From Selaginella moellendorffii (taxonomy: Eukaryota; Plantae; Lycopodiophyta), in NCBI RefSeq assembly GCF_000143415.4, contig NW_003314337.1:202559-266558 (forward strand): 64,000 nucleotides of DNA, given 5' to 3'. The notes beneath the pieces were generated by a model that saw only the letters and a list, made by a program, of their open reading frames with translations, searched no databases and had not been told where the DNA came from. A program made the translations under genes and the position numbers. Positions 36,201 through 46,730 of the stretch are shown here, piece by piece; the first letter of the stretch is position 1; every line of letters begins with the position of its first letter.

Positions 36201-38752
36201 TGCTCATTGTTCCATTTGTTAGAAGTTGTTGGGGGGAAGGCATTTTTGGCTTTTTAGCTTCGATGTACAAGTTAGTATTTGCATTTGGCAATCATTGGTG
36301 ATGATTGACTATCATCTAGGGTAGTTGATTATCCTTATCACAAGTTTTGCTTGATTATTGTTGGTTTGGAATTATTTACTATTCTTCGGGATGGTAGATT
36401 CTTTCTTCAACGATGATTATACATCACTACATTGATGGGATAATTGACGATCTTTCATGATAGTTGGTTGTTTTCTTTGATGGCTTATAGCTTTTTGCAA
36501 TATCACATGTTCTTTGTGGTTTGCTCTGGATTGGTCTCTTGGGTTTGAGACATTAGTAGGATGTTGCTGACACTTGCTTAGGCAACTTGAGTTCCTTGGT
36601 GTTATTGGCTGGGATCTATCCGGATTGGCTAGTGCAATGGTTGATATGAACAAGCGTTTGTTTGCTTTGCAACATTCATTTTGTTCTGTTGATTATTGCT
36701 CGTGTTAGTTCTCATAGATTAGGATGTTATTTCCTTCGGGTGATACATTCGCGAGCATTGTGCTTGTTAGTCAATGATACTTTGTGTTCTTTGAGTTGTG
36801 TTTTGTGAGTTGTTTGGCATGCTATCTGCCATTTTCGGTAATTAAGTTTTATCATTGAGTTTCCTTGATGATCTACTTGCTATTGAATTTTGTTGGATGG
36901 TGATTCCTATATTTATCAATTATGATGATCTTGGTGGTTCCTATACTCAAATACTAGTTTATCGGATGATAACTTACTTGGAATACTTTTGTGTTCTAAT
37001 CTAAGCTTTATTCACTGATTATTCAATCTCTAAGATATCATTGTCTATGACTTTGATATAGTCCCTATATTGATCTTTGAGTTTGGGCTAGTATAGGCAG
37101 ACTGGCTTCGGCACTTCATGTGCATGGTGAAATCTCTAGTCATGGGGTAGCTACTGTCGACTAGTCACATAACCCGCCTCTTTGTCGATGTTCCTTATTC
37201 CGTTAAAAGGGCGTGACCGTGTAAACAACTCTAACTACCTGTTTACAGTAGTCTATCTAAACCTTACCGATGGGTTTGGTTTCTTTGCTTAGGAGGGTTG
37301 GGGCCTCTGGCTTCTCTCTCTATGTTCCTACGGGCAGAGGCATATCACACTTTTGTAAGCTGGGTGACTCCCAGAGCAGCAAGGGTGGCTAACTGTGTTG
37401 GTCATTTCCTTGTCGGCGACGGCCGGAAGGTGTCTGAGCTGGTAGCGCATCCGCGTTAGACAAAGAGGTTGCCTCCTAACTCATTTAAGTTGGTGCATTT
37501 CTCACATAGTGTGAGTACCGTGAACTTTCTCTGGAGTTGTTTCCTTGGCGGTATTCTAGACTCGAGTGTGCATCGACGAGGACGTCGATTTTCCCTAGGG
37601 GGGGAGAGTGTCGCGAATGTGACTTCGGGTATCGAAAGTTACCTGTCGACCAGTCCTTACGGACACTCTTACCTTACTGCCACGATGGCAGGAGGTCGGT
37701 ATTGCTGGACCCTTTATTGGCCCCTCTTGTTCAAGTGTTAGTAAACTGGACTTAGCATCTGTACTTGGCCGGATGAGCATAAGGACGGAATTCCTAAGTG
37801 TCTATTTGGCCAAGCATATTTGGCCCGGCTTTTTAGTTCTCTTTTGCTCTGTCTTGCACTGGCTTGACAAGAACCCTCGCGTATTGAGATTGGTCCCTCA
37901 ATATCGCTGGATGATAGCTTACCATGTTTGCCAAACACCCTCGCTATCATGCCCTTTGTGTTAGTCTCAATTCGTCCCAGATGCTATTTATGGAAAGTGT
38001 CCAGATTTGCTCATTTGGCATATCTACGGAATGTAGAGATCGGCCTGAACACAATGGTGTTTGTCCCGTGTCCAAATTTGCAATCTAAGGATATTCCATA
38101 TTTAGTAAGTTTCGAGCTTGTCCCAGAGACTAACTCCTGATACTAAGGGAGGCTTGGGGTGAAAGCCCAAAGCATGTGTTCCTCAAGGGGGGGGGGGGCT
38201 GTGGGGGGTTCCAAATGTATAGTAGGGATAGTGGGTAGGTTGGGCATGGCCGACCAACCTGAGGCATAGTCTAGTGCTCGCTTGCGTGCCTGTCCTTGTT
38301 CTGCGTCCGACTTGGGTCTAAGCCCAAGTTCCATTCCATGCTAACTGGTGGAGTACCCATATCCTCACGTTAGGCCACCGGTATGCCGAAATAGTGCCAA
38401 ACTTCGTTTGGCTCCGTTTTGCGTGTTGGTCCTGGCATTGGTTGCTCTAGGACTGTTCCAAGTCGCTTCGGGCTCCTGTCCCTTTGCTCCTTGGGCTAAA
38501 TGCTCGGGAGTTGCTCCGTGGTTCAGTTCCATCACTCCTTGGCATCATGCTTGGGAGTTTGGCACCGTTCTTTCGTTCAGTGGCCCAAGGCCCTGAACCT
38601 CGGGTTCCTATGGACACGTGGCATGGACACGTGGTATGTGACACATGGCATCTGTCACGTGGCACAAAGAGTGTTTAGGTTCCGCTTTGTGGTGTTATCC
38701 TATGGTAAATCACCATAGGATAAAGGGTCAAAACCACGTGCGCTACACTTAT

Positions 38753-38849
38753 ACATCTTTGATTGGTTTACCGATTGGTTCTATGTAGGACCTATCATAT
38801 GAAGGAGAGCAGGTTTATAGTTTCATTTACCGATTGGTTCCATGTAGGA
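38753..38849 (+). pseudogene. Right half of the lipase-gene fragment, resuming after element A, with a 24-bp duplication
   Basis: TTTGATTGGTTTACCGATTGGTTCTATGTAGGACCTATCATATGAA matches the reverse complement of about 5060-5107. The 24-mer at 38767-38790 recurs at 38826-38849 with one mismatch. Confidence 0.85.
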
Positions 38850-39757
38850 ACCCTTAGTGGCAAAAGACTCAGAGCTATAGCAGTTGCAAATTAAGGGTCT
38901 TCCAATTGTGAGGCCAATCCAGAGAAGCCGAGAAGGATAAGGAAAAAAACAGGTCAAATAAACTTCTTTTAGAGTTAAGATTGTAGCACATTATAAAACA
39001 ATGAACACCAGAACCTGAAGCATATGTTGAGTGTCACAAAATAGGTTAACGAAAATACCACCCTTGAAACTCATATCAAATTAAAATTACATGATACTAT
39101 ATAACATTATTTGGCTCAGAACTTGCATACTCAACAATGCCACCCATCTGAATTATAGCACGTTATGATACACAGATTTGCAGCATTTGTCTGTGCACCA
39201 TTTTCAATTTTCTAACATTTTGCATTCTCCAGATTCTGTTTTAGAGAGTTGTTCCATTGCCCTAATCAACACAAAACGTTGTCATGTGTTTAAATCTAGG
39301 CTGTTGTTTCAAAGTCTTTAAATATCAACCGTTAGATTATAAGTATATTCATAAATAATATTCTAAAAATGGAATAAAAAACATCAAATGCAATATGCCA
39401 AAAATAAGGGAGTAATCAGAGATGAACGGAGCAAAATGGGTCAAACCAATGCACTTTTTCTCAATTTGAGGAACTCCTTTTTACAAGGCCCTTTGGTTAT
39501 TGCTCGCTCTGTTCCTGGTGGTCTTGGAGCCCGTCGTGGAGAATGCAGGGCTGCTCTTGGCAATCGAGAGGAAGCTGTCCTAGTCATAGTCACCACCAAC
39601 GGCCGGTATAAAATGTTATCGACCTGGATGACAAGCCGGACTTTCTTCTCGGCCTGCGCTTTGAAAATCTGGCCATGTCTACTTTAGGACCACAAAAGAC
39701 ACGTGTACGTCCAGTATTTCAGCTGAATTGTCCAGTGAAATGGTCGTTGCGTAGGAA

Positions 39758-41860
39758 ATGCAGCGGAACATCAACCAGCAGGAGCAGGAGTTCGCGGCGG
39801 TTCTTCGATTTTGCAGCAAAACCAGGGATCTGTCTCGGGGAAAAGAGATTTACAGTCAAGTTCGGCGGAGTGGCGACTGTGCAGCGAGCAGCTATCTCGC
39901 GAATTTGACAATCCAGATGTTTGGAAGATGCGGGAGCTTGCAAGAAGCAAGAGAGATTTTCGATCGCATGGGCTCTGCGAGGAATCGCTTCTCTTGGAAC
40001 AACATGATCGCCGCTTATGCCCAAAACGGCTATGCGGATCAAGCAAACGAACTGTTTGACAAAATGGGAGACAAGAACATTGTAGCCTGGAACACAATGA
40101 TCCAGGCTTACAATCAGGTGAGAGATATTAAAAAAGCGAAAGAAGTGTTCGATGCAATGCCAGAAAAGAACGGAGTTTCATGGACTGCCATCCTTACGGC
40201 ATATGCCCAATGCGGGCATTTGCTAAAAGCAAAGCTAATCTTTGACTCGATGCCTAGTAGGGACATCTTCCCCTGGAATTCAATGATCCAAGCGTACGGA
40301 CAGAGAGGGCATCTCCAGGAATTTCGCGACCTTTATGAAAGAATGCCCGAGCACGACATTGTGACGTGGAATTGTATGCTTGACGTCTACACTAAGCATC
40401 GGCACCTCATTCAAGCCGACGCCATGTTCGACACCATGCTGGAGCGCAACGAGATCTCTTGGACGATCATGACCGTCGGCCACGCGCAAATCGGGCGGCT
40501 CCAGAACGCGAAAGCCATCTTCGAAAGGATGCCGGAATGGAATGTGGTGTCATGGACGGCCATGATCGCTGGATACGCTCAGAACGGGCACATGGCCGAG
40601 GCACGAGGGCTGTTCGATGCTATTCCGGAACGCAACGTCATCTCCTGGAACGCGTTCATCGACGGCTGGATCAACGCCGGAGATCTAGAGGAGGCCGAGC
40701 GCTTGTTTCGACGAATGCCAGGCTGGGACATGGCCACAATGGCGACAATGATCCGCGCCTACGATCTAAGCTCCAACCTTAAGTCCGCCGTATTGCTCTT
40801 TCACTTTGGTATGAGCGAGCACAATTTGATCTCTTGCACGGCGATGATCTCCACCTACGTCGCTTCTGGAGATCTTGGGGCCGCGATCACGGTCCTGGAT
40901 GGAATGCACGAGACGAACCTCGTTGCTCTGGACGTGATCCTCCAGGGCTACGCCGCCACCGGCCAGCTCGAGGAGGCCAAGTATATGTTTGACAATGTGA
41001 TGCCGGAGCACGATACAATGTCGTGGAATGTTATGTTCCAGGGGTATGCCCGGCGAGGGCATATGGAGGAGGCCAAAGCTCTGTACGAGAGAATGCCCGA
41101 GAAAGACCTCGTTTCGTCCACCTCCATGCTCCAAGCTCTCGGCGAAAACGCATGCTTGCAAGAGGCAAAGCACGTCTTCGACGCTACTCCTCACTGTGAT
41201 ATCGTGCTGTGCAATGCGCTTCTCCAGGCCTTCGCGCAGCACGGCTATCTTCCAAACGCCAAAGCTCTCTTTGATTCCATGGCAGAGAGAGACGTTGTTT
41301 CATGGACCACCATCGTCGGAGCCTATGCCCGGAGCGGGCATACGACCAAAGCCAAGCGGATGTTTGCTGCCATACCCGGGAAGAAAGATCTCATCGCCTG
41401 GAACACACTGATCACGGCCTTGTCACAGTGTCAGGATCACGGAGGAGACACCATTGATGTCTTCACGAGGATGCTCCTCGAGGCGTTTGATCCCGACCAT
41501 TCAGCGTTTGTGAGCGTTCTCGGTGCTTGCGGCCAGCTCGGGCTGTTTGAGCAGGGATGGAACTATTTTCGAAACATGGCCGACGATCATCGTGTCCGAG
41601 CATTGGGAGCGCATTACTGCTGCCTTGTGGATCTTTGTGCTCGATCGGGTCAGCTAGCCGAGGCCGAGGATCTCATCTCAAGCATGCCTTACGTCCCAGA
41701 TGGAGTCACTTGGATGGCGTTTCTCGCTGCTTGTAGGCTCCAAGAGGATTCACAACGAGCAACAGCGGCTGCTTGCAGTGCCTCCACCCTCGGCAGCACC
41801 ATGTCGTCACCGTATGCTCTCCTGTCCAGCACCTACGTCTTGACGTCTAAGCCCAGCTAG
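39758..41860 (+). CDS. PLS-class pentatricopeptide repeat protein with short E-type extension and no DYW domain; probable organellar RNA-editing specificity factor
   Basis: 700-aa intronless ORF with many 31-aa S-type repeats (FDRMP.RNVVSWTAMI.GYAQNG) and terminal HYCCLVDLCARSGQLAEAEDLI..MPYVPDGVTWMAFLAAC..PYALLS. Confidence 0.95.
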   Translation: MQRNINQQEQEFAAVLRFCSKTRDLSRGKEIYSQVRRSGDCAASSYLANLTIQMFGRCGSLQEAREIFDRMGSARNRFSWNNMIAAYAQNGYADQANELFDKMGDKNIVAWNTMIQAYNQVRDIKKAKEVFDAMPEKNGVSWTAILTAYAQCGHLLKAKLIFDSMPSRDIFPWNSMIQAYGQRGHLQEFRDLYERMPEHDIVTWNCMLDVYTKHRHLIQADAMFDTMLERNEISWTIMTVGHAQIGRLQNAKAIFERMPEWNVVSWTAMIAGYAQNGHMAEARGLFDAIPERNVISWNAFIDGWINAGDLEEAERLFRRMPGWDMATMATMIRAYDLSSNLKSAVLLFHFGMSEHNLISCTAMISTYVASGDLGAAITVLDGMHETNLVALDVILQGYAATGQLEEAKYMFDNVMPEHDTMSWNVMFQGYARRGHMEEAKALYERMPEKDLVSSTSMLQALGENACLQEAKHVFDATPHCDIVLCNALLQAFAQHGYLPNAKALFDSMAERDVVSWTTIVGAYARSGHTTKAKRMFAAIPGKKDLIAWNTLITALSQCQDHGGDTIDVFTRMLLEAFDPDHSAFVSVLGACGQLGLFEQGWNYFRNMADDHRVRALGAHYCCLVDLCARSGQLAEAEDLISSMPYVPDGVTWMAFLAACRLQEDSQRATAAACSASTLGSTMSSPYALLSSTYVLTSKPS

Positions 41861-43389
41861 GCCATAGAGCTAAGCCATAGAGTATTTTTAAAATATTCTT
41901 GTGGTTTGTGTTCCAAAAACACCTCAGGTAACCGTAACTGCTAGATGATAGTGGAGATTTTGCAATAGCATCTGGGACAAATGGCTAACAGAAACACTAT
42001 TTTACTAATAGCTTGCTAAAACCCTTTTTTAATTTTAAAAAATAATTGTCTTTTAAATATTTGGTAGAACTTCATTCATCTGGAGTAGTTTGTTTTTAGC
42101 ATCATGATTCACAAAATCATGAATTTTACACTCATGTAAAATTTCATTGAAAATTTCTTTAAAGTTATATAAAACATTTCTGTTTTTATAATGTGTTTTT
42201 ATTCTATATGAATATCAAATAAATTACACAAAAAAGAGAAATAAAATTATTTTAAATTCATTCTTTATACCAAAAAAAAATATTAGTGAATTTGATTGTT
42301 GAGGCAAAGTTTTTCTTGTAAACTTTGTTATTACTGTAATATAACAATTTATACTTTAATAATTAGTTTTTGTCCAATGTAATATGTATGATATCATTCT
42401 TTGTGCTGGCTTTTTTCCTTTATTGTAAAATAAATAAATAATAAAACAATAATATCATATATAATGGAACACTTTGTAAAAAAAATTATACTTAAATTTC
42501 TTTCACAAAAATAAAAAATAAAATTCAAAGATCACTAAAAATCAGGAGTTAACTTACACAATTTTTGTAAAATAACACTCAATTAGATCAGTTTTTAGAG
42601 GGCTGTGAATTTTTTAAAATAAAATATTAAAAATAAAATTAAAATAAATAAAATCAAGAAGAGTCTAAAGTATAACTACTGAAAGTAAAAATGAAATTTT
42701 AAAAATATTTTTGTATTAAATAATGTTGCAATTAATTAATTTTTATGAAAGTACCTAGAATATCCAAGTATATTCTAGAATACTCCTCAATCCAACGGTT
42801 AAGATTTTCCGCTATTATACTTTTCTCTTCATTTTTAATTAAGGTTTAATGCTATTTTTCTTAATACAGAGCAAAATAAATACTCTGAGTTCCATGGGGA
42901 TAGCACAAAAGCGTATTACCATGGCTCTTCAAAATATTAATGAACATCCGCCTCTTTCACATCCCTCAAGTAGCTAAGAAAGCAGCCTCTTTCCTAGTAA
43001 ATCATAAATTCGTTTGTTGCCCAACCCTGGGATAAAAACTGTGACAAAGCTTACCATGTGACTTTAAAAGTTGTTAGGAGATTGAATAGCTTAAACGAAC
43101 ATATAAGGCTCGTTGCAATTGTAAGACTTGGTCCACCTTAAAAGTTGACAAATGCCTTGGTCCAAAATAAATAGCAAATGGGACGACTCATATGAAGCTT
43201 TGCACTGAAGTAGAACGGACTGGCACCAAGAACTTGCAAGCAAGCTTGGTTTGCTCCAGTCACATTCCTTTGATCCCAATCCATTCACAAACCGAATATT
43301 TTTCAAGTAATTAACACTGGAAAGACTCCTTTTGACACCATGCACTTAGCTTGCACTCGCTAAGCGTATACCAGAAGACCTCCCTTGTG

Positions 43390-43470
43390 GTGTAGACCAT
43401 CGAATTCCATGAAACGACGCTCTTTTCTTGCATCGAGTCGAAGATCTGGCAAGCTGTCGCGAGAGAATTG
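43390..43470 (-). pseudogene. Single PPR-repeat fragment
   Basis: SLATACQIFDSMQEKSVVSWNSMV, embedded in non-PPR sequence. Confidence 0.6.
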
Positions 43471-46364
43471 ATTGGGCTGCTTGATCTGATTAAAAACTAG
43501 GCATGCTTTGGACAATCTCCCACTGTGTGCTTGGTGTGGCGGAAATGCAACCTTTGTGCATAGACTCGACAATGCTCCAGGTGGTGAGGATACACGATGA
43601 TAGGAGTTTGCACATCGACAACAGCCCGAGATACGGTGTCTCTCATCACAAGCATTTGAGCGTGTAGAAGTCCTTTAACATTTGGTATCGGATCTGGAAA
43701 TAGTGATCGCTTGGTTTTGTTTTGGTCCAAGGTGAATGCTGTAATCTCAATGGTAATGATCATTCAGCTTCTCAAAGACAACCTCTAGATTTTTTAACAA
43801 ATATCCTGTTCCATTCAAGTACTGCAGTGAGGAGGTAATGCAAACTTTTTTCTCTATATGGAAGGTGGATATAATTTGCCTTTTGCCTTAGGTGGCAAAT
43901 ACATGACACAATATGCTCTTTAGGTGCTTCATCAGCACTCTGACACACGCAGTATGCAGTACACACACATGATCTGCTCTGATATGTTGGGGACATGTTG
44001 GACTGGCTACATTAGGTCTGTGTGATCTTGCTGAGAGCTTGAACCACCTAATGCATAAGAGCCCAAGCTGGTGAAGCCATCTAGATATCATCATCATTAA
44101 TATATATCATTATGATGAAGATGATGTATTGTTTACCCTCTATTGCAGTGAGACCAACAAATCTAGAAGTGCTATTTTGAAGAAGATATCAAAGCACTGG
44201 ACTTGTTAAGCTGATTTTTTATAATCATAGTTTATCTCCAAACCCAGCTATATTTCCAATTATTTAAATATTTAAAATAAGAAAAAATTCATAATCAAAT
44301 GTTATTAAATAAGATAGTAAGAAACAAATCTTTTACCTTTTGTCTACTTGCCTTTTGAGGAACAAAGTGAAAGTTTATTGAGTTCTGGAAACACAGTCAA
44401 AAATATTGATTATCATTATTATCATTTTGTAATATAATTTACAAATTCAATTTAGTTTAAAAAATATAAAAATTATTTAAGTAGAATATAATAATAAATA
44501 GTTATTACTATATATCCTATGAAACATGATTAAGTTTAGATGCTATAACAAGAAAATTTCAAAACACAAGTGAAAAAGTAAAACACTTAAATAGTATTTA
44601 AAAAGCTATAATAAAGTAATTAAATTAAATTATATCATTAATTACTATATAGTACCTAAATTAGAATCAATATTCTCCAAATAAAAATAAATATCTTTTC
44701 AAATACTTTCAACAGTTATAATTGCTTACTTACTAAACGATAAATTTATTTTGTAAAATTATTTGATTTTTTTCTCGGTTATATGCATTATTACTTATAA
44801 GATAATAAAATAGAAAAATTTAAGTAAACCTTCTTGAAACTTTTTTTAAAGATTAAGTAAATTAAGATAATTATAAAGAATAATTAATTTTTTAAATGCA
44901 ACACACAACTATCATCATTTTTCTTAGTTTAGAACATTAATTATTATTAATTATTTTTGTTGAAGAGATATTATATTTTACTTTGATAAGAGGAATTTAA
45001 CAGTTAAATTTAGAAAAATAATGGCAATTAGAGTTTTATGAGGAATATCTATGATTACTAAGTAAAAATCACATACAAATCTATTAATTACTCTTTGTGA
45101 TTCATATAAATATGTGTGATAAACCTTTTTCTTGCTGTAATAAATTTAAGTTTTCAAAAATTATAAATTTTTATTTTATAATTAAATTTTAATAAAGTAT
45201 TTTATTTATTTATTAAATTTGTTTTTGCTTAAGAAAACCTGTGGGGGACTGCAGTGGTAGTGGATTTCTAAAATATACTTGGATATTCTAAAATATTCTA
45301 CTATCTAACTGTATTTATGATTTATAAACATTTTTTATAATTTATAAACTTTCCTAAACTCTTCCTAATATATTTTAGTTTATTCTACCATTTAATGGTT
45401 GATAAGAAATAAGATTAATCTTGTGTTTATAAACTATTAATATATTTTTAATTATAATTATTCATTAGATTAAAAAGATTAATAAATAGGAATAACACAC
45501 AAACTAAGCACTAGTACATGCAATACACAGTAAATTATTTCTTTAAATAAATTATTATATTTAATATAATATTTTTTAGTAATAATTTAGAATCCTCTTT
45601 AGAATTAAGGTGCTCTTAGAGTTTAAACTAAAAAACAGAGGGTACTACTGTTTTATAGTTTTATGTTTACTCTACTTGTACAATAAGGTTATTAAACCTA
45701 AATTTTTATCTATTTATAATTTAAAATATTAATAAAGCTCACTACTTATTTACATATATAACTTTAACAAGAAACACACAACAAATAATTAATATGAATA
45801 AAATACTAGAGATTTTTCTTTCAAAAGACTTCTTTATATGGATCAAAGAAAGTTTCACAAATAAATAGGTATTCTTATTTAGCTTTAGTCTTATCCAATT
45901 GCTCTTCTACACTTACATTCATTGGTGAAGAATTTGGCACAGACTTTGAACTTGAAGGCTTTCACAAGCCTAATGTTGAATACTATTTTGCTCTAACACA
46001 CTATCCATAGATTGAATTACCTCAAGTGCCTAATGAAAATAATATATTATAAAATTGAAATTGTTTAAGTAGTGGGGAGCCAAGACATTAAGCAATTTGT
46101 CAAATGTTAGCAAAATCCAAAATAAAGTGTGAGGAAATGCTTGCTAAAGAGCAAATACTAAACCTCAATCTATGGTGATAAATGTACTTATGTTCCTACC
46201 CCTATATTCTACCAAGATGTAAGCCATAATTTTTTCTTTTTCAATTTGCTAACTTACTTTGTTTAGCTGACCACCACTACCTTAATATTAATTAAATTTC
46301 TTTACTAAAGTTCCTGTTTATTGTACCAGCTCCTACATGGTCCTACTTGATCCTACTTGGTTTC

Positions 46365-46730
46365 ACTGGACCTCGAACTTGGTCTCAACCTTGGACTTAG
46401 TCTCTGACCTGATCTCAAATCTCGTACATAGTCTTGAATTTGGTCTTGGACTCGGTTTTGGACTTAATCTCGAAGTCAGTCTCAGACTCGATCTCGGACT
46501 CAATCTTGGACTCGATCTCAGACTCAATCTTGGACTTGATCTTGGACTTGGTCTCAGACTTGCCCTTGGACTTAGTCTTTGACCTAATCTTGGATCTTGG
46601 ATTCAGTTTGGAACTTAGTCTTGGACTCAATCATGAAGTTAGTCTTGAAGTCAGTATCAAACTCAGTCTTGGACTTGGTCTCAAACTTGGTCTTGGAGTC
46701 AGTCTTGAATTCAATTTTGAACTCGGTTTC
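46365..46730. repeat. Degenerate 6/12-bp tandem repeat (TCTTGGACTYRR-like) inside an LTR
   Basis: Periodic tcttggac/tctcagac units; the same array occurs in reverse at 56930-57140. Confidence 0.85.

Larger units (their letters stand above)
24045..38747 (+). mobile_element. Element A: non-autonomous LARD-like LTR retrotransposon (about 1.14 kb LTRs, about 5 kb non-coding interior) hosting element B
   Basis: 5' LTR 24045-25214 and 3' LTR 37609-38747 (TG...CA, highly similar). PBS TGGTATCAGAG at 25217 (tRNA-iMet type), PPT just before 37609, TSD CCTAT/CTTAT. No long ORF outside element B. Confidence 0.92.

Noticed and set aside
39388-39687. 99-aa ORF upstream of the PPR gene
   Set aside because: It has no recognisable motif and spans the AT-rich to GC-rich transition of the likely promoter and 5' UTR.
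46365-46730. CRISPR-like array
   Set aside because: There are no unique spacers or cas genes, and the context is a eukaryotic LTR minisatellite.
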